From Acidobacteriota bacterium (lineage in GTDB: Bacteria > Acidobacteriota > Vicinamibacteria > Vicinamibacterales > SCN-69-37): a stretch of DNA of 64,000 nucleotides. The stretch lies in NCBI GenBank assembly GCA_003242705.2, contig QGVF02000010.1, positions 19,541-83,540 on the forward strand. The letters run 5' to 3'. The position numbers and the translations under genes are program-made. Shown in pieces: positions 39,617 to 48,272 of the stretch; position 1 is the first letter of the stretch; every line of letters starts with the position of its first letter. The notes under the pieces are model-generated. The model was not told the DNA's origin, searched no databases, and was given only the letters and a program-made list of their open reading frames with translations.

Positions 39617-40918
39617 ATGCCCTGGTTCATGAAGGAGGCTGACGAGATCAGCCGGCAGGAGATCGACGAGCTCGCGCTGCGGCTCGTCGACGAGGCGCGC
39701 AGCCGGTTCGGCCGGCCGCTGCGGCGGGTGCTGCTGCTGCCGCCCGATCTGACACGCGCGCACAGCGGCGTCGGCCCGATCACCGAGACGATCTACAGGG
39801 CGCTCGCGCCGACGTGCGACGTGCACGTCATCCCGACGCTCGGCCAGCACCGGCCGCACACCGAGGAAGAGAACCGCTGGATGTTCGGCTCGATCCCGCA
39901 TGCGCGCATCCACGCGCACGACTGGATCGGCGGCGTCACCCGCGTCGGCACCATCCCTGGCTCGCTCGTGGCGGAGACGACCGGCGGTCTGGCCGACTGG
40001 GACATCCCGGTCGATCTCAACACGATGACCGTCACCGAAGAGTGGGACCTCATCGTGAACATCGGCCACGTGGTGCCGCACGAGGTCCTCGGCTTCGCCA
40101 ACCACAACAAGAACTACTTCATCGGTCTCGGGGGCAAGGAAACGATCTGCCGGTCGCACCTGGCGGCGGCCATCTACGGCATCGAGAACAACCTCGGCCG
40201 GCTCGTCACGCCGCTGCGCGCATGCTTCAACTGGGCCGAAGAGCGCTTCCTCGGCCATCTGCCGGACGTGTACCTGCAGGTCGTCATGCGGCGCGACGCG
40301 CAGAACCGGCTCGTGACGAGCGGCATCTACGTGGGCGACGACCTCGAAACGTACCTGGCGGCGGCGCGCGCGAGCCGCGCGCAGAACATCACGGTGTTCG
40401 ACGAGCCGGTCGACAAGGTCGTCGCGGTGATGCAGGCCGATGAGTTCCGCAGCACCTGGGTCGCGAACAAGGCGGTCTACCGCACGCGGCTCGTCATCCG
40501 CGACGGCGGTGAGCTGCTCATCATCGCGCCCGGACTCGAGCGCTTCGGCGAGCAGGACGCCGTCGATCGGCTCATCCGCCGGTTCGGCTACACGGGCCGC
40601 GACCGCATCCTCGAGCTGTACCGGCGCGAGCCCGAGCTGCAGGAGCTGGCGCACGGGGCGGCACACCTGGTGCACGGGTCGTCGGACGGTCGCTTCACCA
40701 TCCGGTATGCTCCGGGTCACCTGACGCGCGAGGAGATCGAGGGTGTCGGCTACGAATGGGCCGATCTGCAGGCGACGCTCGCGCGCTACCCGCCCAACCG
40801 CATGCAGGAAGGCTGGAACACGATGCCCGACGGCGAACGGGTGTTCTTCATCAACACACCCTCGGCAGGTCTCTGGGCGACCCGCGCGCGGATGGGCGAT
40901 CGGCTCGACGACGCCTGA
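39617..40918 (+). CDS. LarA-superfamily (lactate racemase N-terminal domain / DUF2088) protein
   Basis: PPDLTRAHS, TLGQHRPHTEEE and GHVVPHEVLGFANHNK align by eye with L. plantarum LarA SSDHTRPVP, ATGFHRPSTHEE (His108) and ESHFFAGFSGGRK (His174/Lys184). Confidence 0.72.
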   Translation: MPWFMKEADEISRQEIDELALRLVDEARSRFGRPLRRVLLLPPDLTRAHSGVGPITETIYRALAPTCDVHVIPTLGQHRPHTEEENRWMFGSIPHARIHAHDWIGGVTRVGTIPGSLVAETTGGLADWDIPVDLNTMTVTEEWDLIVNIGHVVPHEVLGFANHNKNYFIGLGGKETICRSHLAAAIYGIENNLGRLVTPLRACFNWAEERFLGHLPDVYLQVVMRRDAQNRLVTSGIYVGDDLETYLAAARASRAQNITVFDEPVDKVVAVMQADEFRSTWVANKAVYRTRLVIRDGGELLIIAPGLERFGEQDAVDRLIRRFGYTGRDRILELYRREPELQELAHGAAHLVHGSSDGRFTIRYAPGHLTREEIEGVGYEWADLQATLARYPPNRMQEGWNTMPDGERVFFINTPSAGLWATRARMGDRLDDA

Positions 40919-40980
40919 CCCGCCACGCACGCAGGCAGGCAATCGGCCCGCTGGTGCCCTTCTTGCACCGCGGGCCCCGT

Positions 40981-41964
40981 ATGTTCGCCCGGCTGAAGAT
41001 CCCCATCGGGCCGAAGGAGCTCGCGGTCCGCACCTGGCGCGAGATGATGCGCGACGACGTGATGGGCCTGTCGGCGCAGCTGTCCTTCTATCTCGTCGTG
41101 GCCATCTTTCCGGTGCTCGTCTGCGTGATTGCGGTGGCGAGCCTCTTCCCGCTGCAGAACTTCGTCGACACCGTGACGGCCTACCTCGCGCCGTTCGTGC
41201 CGGCGGCCGGCCTCGAGGTCATCCGCGGCTTCATGGTGCAGATCGGCGAGAGCGAAGACCGTGGCGTGCTCGGCATCGGTCTGGTGCTCGCGCTCTGGAG
41301 CGGTTCGTCGCCGATGGTGGCGCTCATCAACGTGATGAACCGCGCGTACGGCGTGGTCGAGAGCCGGCCGTGGTGGAAGGTGCGGCTGACGGCCATGGCG
41401 CTCAGCGTCGGCCTCGGCCTCTTCGTCGTCGTGGCCTTCCTGCTGGTCGTCTTCGGGCCGCAGCTGGCCGACTGGCTGGCGCGCATCTTCGGTTTCAGCG
41501 ACGTGTTCGTCTGGACCTGGAAGGTGTCGCAGTGGCCGCTGGTGTTCGTGCTCGTGGCCACGGGGATCGGCTGCGTCTACTACTTTGCGCCAGACGTCGA
41601 GCAGGACTGGGTGTGGCTCACGCCCGGTTCGCTGCTGGCGACGCTCCTGTGGTTTGCCGGCTCGCTCGGCTTCCGCTTCTACGCCATCAATTTCGGCAAC
41701 TACGAGGCGACCTACGGCACGCTCGGCGGCATGATGCTGCTGCTCATGTGGTTCTACGTGTCGGGCATCTCGATCCTGATTGGTGCCGAGCTGAACGCCG
41801 AGATCGAGCATGCCTCCCCGTGGGGCAAGGATCCCGGCGAGCGGCGGCCGGGCGAGCGTCGGAAAGTCGGTGCGGCCGCCGAGCGCGACTACGAGCGGCG
41901 GTGCGCCGAGCGCGAGCGGCTGGCCGGGACCGGCGTGCGCGACTCGGCCGGCGCGACGGGCTGA
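40981..41964 (+). CDS. YihY/BrkB family membrane protein
   Basis: GLSAQLSFYLVVAIFP start, six TM helices and the YGTLGGMMLLLMWFYVSG C-terminal signature. Confidence 0.85.
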   Translation: MFARLKIPIGPKELAVRTWREMMRDDVMGLSAQLSFYLVVAIFPVLVCVIAVASLFPLQNFVDTVTAYLAPFVPAAGLEVIRGFMVQIGESEDRGVLGIGLVLALWSGSSPMVALINVMNRAYGVVESRPWWKVRLTAMALSVGLGLFVVVAFLLVVFGPQLADWLARIFGFSDVFVWTWKVSQWPLVFVLVATGIGCVYYFAPDVEQDWVWLTPGSLLATLLWFAGSLGFRFYAINFGNYEATYGTLGGMMLLLMWFYVSGISILIGAELNAEIEHASPWGKDPGERRPGERRKVGAAAERDYERRCAERERLAGTGVRDSAGATG

Positions 41965-44006
41965 GCGGCGCCGAGCATCCGCCATGCGCGCAGCACTTCG
42001 GCGACGCTCCACGCCTGCGCGATGCAGCCGCGCGGCAGGTGCGGCATGTCGGCGTCGAAGATTTCACTGATGGTACCCACGCCGGCCGCGCCGAGATGCG
42101 CGTCGAATGCACCGAGCAGCGCATCGCGGTGCTCGTGGTCCACCCGTCCGGCGCGGAGCAGGGCATCGACGTACGGGCCGATCAGCCACGCCCACACCGT
42201 GCCCTGATGGTAGGACGCATCGCGGGCGCGCAAGTCACCTGCGTACTGCGACCGATAGTCGGGGTGCGCCGGATCGAGCGACCGCAGGCCGAACGGGGTC
42301 AGCAGCCGGTCGGTCACCGCGTTGATCACGCTGTCCCAGTGGCGTCGGTCGAGCACGGGATGGGGCAGCGCAATGGCGAAGATCTGGTTCGGCCGGCACG
42401 CCGGATCGTCACCGCCCTCGCCATCGACGACGTCGTAGAGCCAGCCGGTGTCCGGGTTCCAGAAGCGTTCGTCGAAGGAGCGTCTGACGCGGTCGGCGTC
42501 GTTCCAGTACGCCGCGGCATCCTTCGATCGACCGCCGGCCTCGAGCCAGCCGGCCATCAGGCACAACGCGTTGTGCCAGAGCGCGTTGATTTCGACCGCC
42601 TTGCCGCGCCGCGGCGTCACCACCCAGCCGTCGACCTTCGCGTCCATCCAGGTGAGCTGGTAGCCGTCGGCGCCCTGGCGCAGCAGGCCGTCGGCCGGAT
42701 CGACGCCGATGCCGAAGCGTGTGCCGTGCCGGTGGGCCGCAAAGATGTCGTCGAGCACCGGGAGCAGGTCGTCGACCAGCGCCCGATCGCCGGTGCGCGC
42801 GACGTATCGGCCGATCGCGTGGACGAACCACAACGTGGCGTCGGCCGTGTGATACAGGCCCGACCGCGCACCTTCCGGAAACAGGTTCGGAATCAGGCCG
42901 TCCTGCACATGCCGGGAGAACAGGCGCAGGATCTGGGCGGCTTCCTCGCGGCGGTCGAGCTCGAGGGTGAGCCCCTCGAGGCTGATCATCGTGTCGCGGC
43001 CCCAGTCGGTGAACCAGTGGTAGCCGGCAATGATCGTCCGGTTTGCCGCGCCGGGCGGGGGCAACGTCTGATCCGGGTCGGGCGCGTTGCGATCGTGGCC
43101 GACCGGCACGATCAGGAACTGGTCGGCAGCCAGCACCAGCGCGGCGTCGAAGTCGTCGGCACTGCCGGCACGCTCCACGATCGCGCGGCGCCGGGCCTGT
43201 TCATCGGCGAGCAGGGCTGCGGGCGATCCGAAGGCATCCGATGCCGGCTCTCCGACCGCGGCGACAATCGACGCCGCCCCGTCGGCGTCGAACCGCAGTC
43301 GCAGCACGCAGGGCGTCTGCAGATGCGCGTCGCAGTCGTACCCGCGCGCGCGTTCCTCCAGCAGCTGCACGCTTCCGTGCCCGGTCGCGTCGATCGCTTC
43401 GATCGCGCTCTCGCGGCTGACGACAATCCGGAGCGGCGGCAGGCCGGCAAGGCCGAGTTCGGCCCGATTGCCGTCGACGTGGAGAGGGCCCAGCTCGATG
43501 CCGGCCGTCGCAACGGCCGACTCGATCGGGCGCACGTGCAGCGCGGGGCGGCATTCGAGTGAGACCGGCAGGTCGCTTTCGATGACGCGAAAAGCGATGC
43601 AGACCGCGTTCTGCCCGTGGGGCATGAACAGGCGCTTTTCGAGCGCGAGTCTTTCGTGCTCGTAGCGCCACACGGGCAGGCCCCCGTCGAGCGTGAAGCT
43701 GCGGAGCAGGCCCTGACCGCTCTCACTGAGCACCGCGAAGTCCTCGTGATCGATGGTCAGCGCGCGATCGCCGTACACCACCTGTGTCTGCAGGCCGGCC
43801 AGGTAGACAATGCGACCCGCCGGCGGGGGAAGGGCAGCGACCAGCAGCCCGTGATAACGCCGCGTCAGGCCGCCCGAGACCGGCGCCGAGGCATAGCCAC
43901 CCAATCCGTTGGTCACGATCCATTCGACCGACGGGTCGATGGCTGCCTGCCGCTCGGGGCCGAACTCCAGCGTGCGCCGGGGAAGTGCCACCACACGTTC
44001 CGTCAT
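41889..44006 (-). CDS. amylo-alpha-1,6-glucosidase / archaeal-type glycogen debranching enzyme family protein
   Basis: N-terminal EWIVTNGLGGYAS...RRYHGLL. Catalytic (alpha/alpha)6 region GYHWFTDWGRDTMISL, LTWMDAKV, EINALWHNAL. The ATG overlaps the treZ stop (ATGA). Confidence 0.85.
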   Translation of the reverse strand: MTERVVALPRRTLEFGPERQAAIDPSVEWIVTNGLGGYASAPVSGGLTRRYHGLLVAALPPPAGRIVYLAGLQTQVVYGDRALTIDHEDFAVLSESGQGLLRSFTLDGGLPVWRYEHERLALEKRLFMPHGQNAVCIAFRVIESDLPVSLECRPALHVRPIESAVATAGIELGPLHVDGNRAELGLAGLPPLRIVVSRESAIEAIDATGHGSVQLLEERARGYDCDAHLQTPCVLRLRFDADGAASIVAAVGEPASDAFGSPAALLADEQARRRAIVERAGSADDFDAALVLAADQFLIVPVGHDRNAPDPDQTLPPPGAANRTIIAGYHWFTDWGRDTMISLEGLTLELDRREEAAQILRLFSRHVQDGLIPNLFPEGARSGLYHTADATLWFVHAIGRYVARTGDRALVDDLLPVLDDIFAAHRHGTRFGIGVDPADGLLRQGADGYQLTWMDAKVDGWVVTPRRGKAVEINALWHNALCLMAGWLEAGGRSKDAAAYWNDADRVRRSFDERFWNPDTGWLYDVVDGEGGDDPACRPNQIFAIALPHPVLDRRHWDSVINAVTDRLLTPFGLRSLDPAHPDYRSQYAGDLRARDASYHQGTVWAWLIGPYVDALLRAGRVDHEHRDALLGAFDAHLGAAGVGTISEIFDADMPHLPRGCIAQAWSVAEVLRAWRMLGAAQPVAPAESRTPVPASRSRSAHRRS

Positions 44007-45874
44007 GCCAGGACCACCGCGCATTCGGGCGGAACAATCCACGCGTCGTCGATCTCGACCGGCCGCTCCATCCCGCCATAGCGCATCGTCTCGGTCGAGA
44101 AGATGACGCTCCAGGTCGTACCGGGAGATGCCGGCGCGAGCAGCGGTTCGGCCAGCGCTTCGATTTCGACGGGTGTGCGCTGCAGGTTCACGAGCAGGAG
44201 GCGATCCCCGTCGGTCGGCGACGTGCCGGCTGGCGCGCTGTGGCGGATCACGAACGCCTGCGGACCGAGCACGGCGCCTTCGACCGGCTGCTGGTGACGG
44301 AAGGCTTCGTGCGTCCTGCGGAGGGTGAGCAGGTCGCGATGGAGCAGCCACGTGTCGCGGTGCCGCCTGCGCTCGTCGTGATCGAGTCGCGAACGTTCGA
44401 CCGTCTCCTCGGCGTGCGGCGCGTGCAGCGACCCCTTCCGCAGCCGCTGCCGGACGGATGGAAACTGCCCGAGAAATTCCTCCCGCCCGGTGGCCACCAG
44501 ATCGGCCAGCTCACCTGAGTGATCCGCGAAATAGAGGAACGGGCTCGAGGCGGCAAGCTCCTGGCCCTGAAAGAGCATCGGTGTCCATGGGCCGAGCAGC
44601 AGCAGCGCGGTGAGGGCGCGCATGACGCCGGGCGACGTGAGCGCATGCAGGCGACGTCCGTCGACCGAATTGGCCACCTGATCGTGGTTCTGCAGGAACG
44701 CCACGAGCGCGTGCGGCGGCACGTGCCCCGCCGGTCGCCCGCGCGGCTGCTTCTGCCAGCGCGATCGCTGCCCCTGATACAGGAAGCCCCGCGTCGCGCA
44801 GCTCACGAGCTCCTGCGCCGTGCCGCGATAGTCCGAGTAATAGGCTTCGTGCGCGCCGGTCGCCGCCACGACGGCGCTGTGGTGGAAGTCGTCGTTCCAC
44901 AGCGCGTCGATGCCCTGGCCGCCCGCCTCGGGCGCGCCGAGCAGCCGGCTGTCCTGCGGTTCGTTTTCGGCAATCACCCAGATGGACCGCGCCCCGGCTG
45001 CCGCCCGCGCGGCGGCAACGATGGTCGTCACGACATGCGGCGTGGAGCGATCGAAGATCTGCTGCGTCGCGTCGAGCCGGAGGCCATCGAAATGGAAGTC
45101 GCGAAGCCAGTAGACCGCGTTACCGGCGAAGAAGCCGCGCACGACGGCCGAATCCTCGCCGTCGTAGTTGAAGCAGTCGCCCCACTCGGTCGCCTCGGCG
45201 CCGATGTACCGGTCGGTGTAACGACGGAAACAGTTGGCCGCCGGTCCGGCGTGGTTGTAGACGACGTCGAGGATGACGCCCATGCCGAGCGCGTGCGCGC
45301 GGTCGACGAAACGCCTGAGATCGTCCGGGCGCCCGTAGAGCCGCGTCGGTGCGTAATACAGCACGCCGTCGTAGCCCCAGCCGAATCGACCCGGAAACTC
45401 CGCCACCGGCATCATTTCGATCACCGTGACGCCGAGGTCGGCCAGCGCAGGCAGTTCGGCCGCCGCGGCCTGCCACGTCCCGGCGCGCGTGAAGGTGCCG
45501 ACGTGCATTTCGTAGACCACCTGGCCGCGCGGCTCGAGACCGGGCCACCTGGCGTCGGTCCACGCGAACGCGGCCGGGTCGATCAGTTCTGAAAACCCGG
45601 ACGGCCCGTCGGGCTGAAAGCGCGACGCCAGGTCCGGCAGCGGCTCTCCGTCGTCGAGGCGGAAGGCGTACCGCGTGCCCGCTGCGACCGGAAGGCTCGC
45701 CTCGAAGAAGCCCGATTCCTCGCGGCGCAGCGGATGCCGCGGCCCGTCAGGCGCGTGGAGCTGGACCTCGACGGCCGAGCTGTCGGGAGCCCAGACGCGG
45801 AAGGTCGTCCCGCCGGTTCCGACGAGCGGTCCCGGGGCATGAGCACGTTCGTCGGACGGCACGGAAGTCGCCAT
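44003..45874 (-). CDS. treZ: malto-oligosyltrehalose trehalohydrolase (GH13)
   Basis: FRVWAP, YEMHVGTFT, GWGYDGVLYYAP, ILDVVYNHAGP, DGLRLDA and NHDQVAN blocks. Alternative start at 45928. Confidence 0.85.
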   Translation of the reverse strand: MATSVPSDERAHAPGPLVGTGGTTFRVWAPDSSAVEVQLHAPDGPRHPLRREESGFFEASLPVAAGTRYAFRLDDGEPLPDLASRFQPDGPSGFSELIDPAAFAWTDARWPGLEPRGQVVYEMHVGTFTRAGTWQAAAAELPALADLGVTVIEMMPVAEFPGRFGWGYDGVLYYAPTRLYGRPDDLRRFVDRAHALGMGVILDVVYNHAGPAANCFRRYTDRYIGAEATEWGDCFNYDGEDSAVVRGFFAGNAVYWLRDFHFDGLRLDATQQIFDRSTPHVVTTIVAAARAAAGARSIWVIAENEPQDSRLLGAPEAGGQGIDALWNDDFHHSAVVAATGAHEAYYSDYRGTAQELVSCATRGFLYQGQRSRWQKQPRGRPAGHVPPHALVAFLQNHDQVANSVDGRRLHALTSPGVMRALTALLLLGPWTPMLFQGQELAASSPFLYFADHSGELADLVATGREEFLGQFPSVRQRLRKGSLHAPHAEETVERSRLDHDERRRHRDTWLLHRDLLTLRRTHEAFRHQQPVEGAVLGPQAFVIRHSAPAGTSPTDGDRLLLVNLQRTPVEIEALAEPLLAPASPGTTWSVIFSTETMRYGGMERPVEIDDAWIVPPECAVVLA

Positions 45875-45994
45875 AGGGGATCTTCCGAGCAAGAGCAGGG
45901 CCAGCGGACGTACCCGTCGTTCACGCACGCCGGTACGGCCAGCCCGAACGTCGGTGCGCGTCCGGCTGCCCCGCGACCGAGAAGGGGCAGCGCG

Positions 45995-48181
45995 CTACCG
46001 TCGTCCGAAGGTGAGGTGGCGTGCGCGGGCGACGAGCAGGGACAGGTCGGGGCGGGCGATGGTGTCGGCCGGCTGCAGTTGGCGGGCGCCGGCCGACGGC
46101 AACGCGTCCTCGGCCGTGTCGACAACCACTTCCCAGGGCGTGGCCGGCGACGGAGCGGGGGGCATGACGAACTCTGCCGGCTCGAGACCGGCGTGGAACA
46201 GGAAGCAGAAGATGTCGTCGAGCTCGTCGGCGCCCGATCGCGTCGTGCCTGGAGACACCGCGCCGTCGAGGACGAACATCACCGACCGCGCCTCGGCCTG
46301 CCAGTCGTGCGGCTGCATGATCTCGCCGTCGGGCCGATACCAGTGCGCCGGCGGCCGGTTGCCGGCACGCCCGCGCCGATCGTGCAGCCACCGCATGCGC
46401 CGCAGCACGGGGTGGGCCCGCCGCAGGCTGATCAGGTACGACACATATTGCAGCAGGCTCTGATCGGCGTTCGCCCAGTCGATCCAGCTGATCTCGTTGT
46501 CCTGGCAGTACGCGTTGTTGTTGCCGTGCTGCGTCCGGCCGAGCTCGTCGCCGTGCGAGAGCATGGGCGTGCCCTGGGAGAGGAGCAGCGTCGCGAGGAA
46601 GTTGCGCTGCTGCCGTCGACGGCGTGCGAGGATGACCTCGTCGTCGGTCGGGCCCTCGACGCCCAGGTTCCAGGAGCGGTTGTGGCTCTCGCCGTCCTGG
46701 TTGTCTTCGCCGTTGGCTTCGTTGTGCTTCTCGTTGTAGGCGACCAGATCGTGCAGCGTGAAGCCGTCGTGCGCCGTCACGAAGTTCACGCTCGCCGACG
46801 GCAGCCGTCCCCAGGCGAACAGGTCGGCGCTGCCCGTGAAGCGCGTGGCGAAGTCGCCGAGCGTGTCGGGCTGGCTGCGCCAGAAGTCGCGGACCGTGTC
46901 ACGGTAGCGCCCGTTCCATTCCGCCCACGTGATCGGGAAGCCGCCCACCTGGTAGCCGCCGTCGCCGATGTCCCACGGCTCGGCGATCAACTTCACGTGC
47001 CGCAGCACCGGATCCTGGTGGACCGCAGCGAAGAATGGTGCCCACGCATCGAATGGTGTCGTCGTGCCGCGCCCGAGCGTCACGGCCAGGTCGAACCGGA
47101 AGCCGTCGACGTGCATCTCGGTGACCCAGTACCGGAGCGAATCGAGCACGAGGCGAAGCGTCTCGATGTGCCGCAGGTTCACGCTGTTGCCCGTGCCCGT
47201 GAAGTCCATGTAGAACTGCGGCGCGTCGGGCACCAGGTGGTAGCAGGCCGCATTGTCGATCCCCTTGAACGACAGCATCGGCCCCAGGTGATTGCCCTCG
47301 CCCGTGTGGTTATAGACGACGTCGAGAATCACCTCGAGGCCGGCGGCGTGCAGGGCCTTGACCATCGCCTTGAACTCGCCGACCGGATCCTCGCGGTTGG
47401 CCGCGTACTCCCCGTGCGGCGCGAAGAAGCCAATCGAGGCGTAGCCCCAGTAGTTGCGCAGGCCGCGATCGATCAGGTGGCCTTCGTGCACGAAGGCGTG
47501 CACCGGCAGCAGCTCGATGGCCGTCACGCCGAGCGCGCGGAAGTAGTCGATCATCACCGGGTGCCCGAGCCCGGCGTACGTCCCGCGGATCTCCTCGGGC
47601 AGGTCGCTGCGCCGGATCGTCATCCCCTTCACGTGCGCTTCGTAGATGACCGTGTCGCGCATCGGCGTGCGGGGCGGCCGGTCGTCGCCCCAGTCGAACG
47701 ACGGATCGACGACGACCGATCGCGGCACGAAGGCGGCGCTGTCGGCTTCCGACGGCTCGTACTCGTTGCCCACGACGTAGGGCAGCGTGGCGGCGTCGGG
47801 CTTCAGCTCGCCCGTGATCCGGCGCGCGTACGGATCGAGCAGCAGCTTGGTGGGATTGCAGCGATGCCCGGCTTCGGGCGCCCACGGGCCGTGCACCCGG
47901 AAGCCGTACCGCGTGCCCGGCCCGACGCCGGGCACGTAGCCGTGCCAGACGTGCTGCGTGACGGCCGGCAGCTTGAAGTGCCGCTCGTGGCCGTCGTCGA
48001 ACAGGGCGAGCTCGACGTCGGTGGCCACCGACGAGTAGATCGCGAAGTTGGTGCCCTCGCCGTCCCATGTCGCGCCGAGCGGTTCGGGCCGGCCCGGCGT
48101 GATGAGCCGGCTCGTGCCGACGGAGCGGCGGACGGCGTGATGTGTGCGCTTGTGCGCGGTGGGGCGGAACGGACGAGGCAT
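45995..48181 (-). CDS. glgX: glycogen debranching enzyme GlgX (isoamylase-type GH13)
   Basis: LGATWDGEGTNFAIYS, YWGYASIGFFAP, EVILDVVYNHT, DGFRFDLA, LIAEPWD, NFVTAHDGFTL. Start ATG at 48179-48181. Confidence 0.92.
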   Translation of the reverse strand: MPRPFRPTAHKRTHHAVRRSVGTSRLITPGRPEPLGATWDGEGTNFAIYSSVATDVELALFDDGHERHFKLPAVTQHVWHGYVPGVGPGTRYGFRVHGPWAPEAGHRCNPTKLLLDPYARRITGELKPDAATLPYVVGNEYEPSEADSAAFVPRSVVVDPSFDWGDDRPPRTPMRDTVIYEAHVKGMTIRRSDLPEEIRGTYAGLGHPVMIDYFRALGVTAIELLPVHAFVHEGHLIDRGLRNYWGYASIGFFAPHGEYAANREDPVGEFKAMVKALHAAGLEVILDVVYNHTGEGNHLGPMLSFKGIDNAACYHLVPDAPQFYMDFTGTGNSVNLRHIETLRLVLDSLRYWVTEMHVDGFRFDLAVTLGRGTTTPFDAWAPFFAAVHQDPVLRHVKLIAEPWDIGDGGYQVGGFPITWAEWNGRYRDTVRDFWRSQPDTLGDFATRFTGSADLFAWGRLPSASVNFVTAHDGFTLHDLVAYNEKHNEANGEDNQDGESHNRSWNLGVEGPTDDEVILARRRRQQRNFLATLLLSQGTPMLSHGDELGRTQHGNNNAYCQDNEISWIDWANADQSLLQYVSYLISLRRAHPVLRRMRWLHDRRGRAGNRPPAHWYRPDGEIMQPHDWQAEARSVMFVLDGAVSPGTTRSGADELDDIFCFLFHAGLEPAEFVMPPAPSPATPWEVVVDTAEDALPSAGARQLQPADTIARPDLSLLVARARHLTFGRR

Positions 48182-48272
48182 CGGGTCAGTCCCGACATTA
48201 CCACGGGCGTCATCCGCAACCCGGGACACGACCCGCGCGTCGATGGCCCTGTAGGACAATGGGGCACGAGCC

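Noticed and set aside
37862-40942. A 1026-aa ORF antisense to the symporter and LarA-like genes
   Set aside because: The composition is Arg/Asp/His/Pro-rich with no motifs. It is exactly antisense to two genes with clear family signatures, so it is the typical shadow frame of a high-GC genome.
40743-43562. A 939-aa plus-strand ORF spanning yihY and antisense to the GDE gene
   Set aside because: It is in a different frame from the real yihY gene (40981-41964) and antisense to the well-supported debranching enzyme. The sequence is low-complexity Arg/Ala/Gly.
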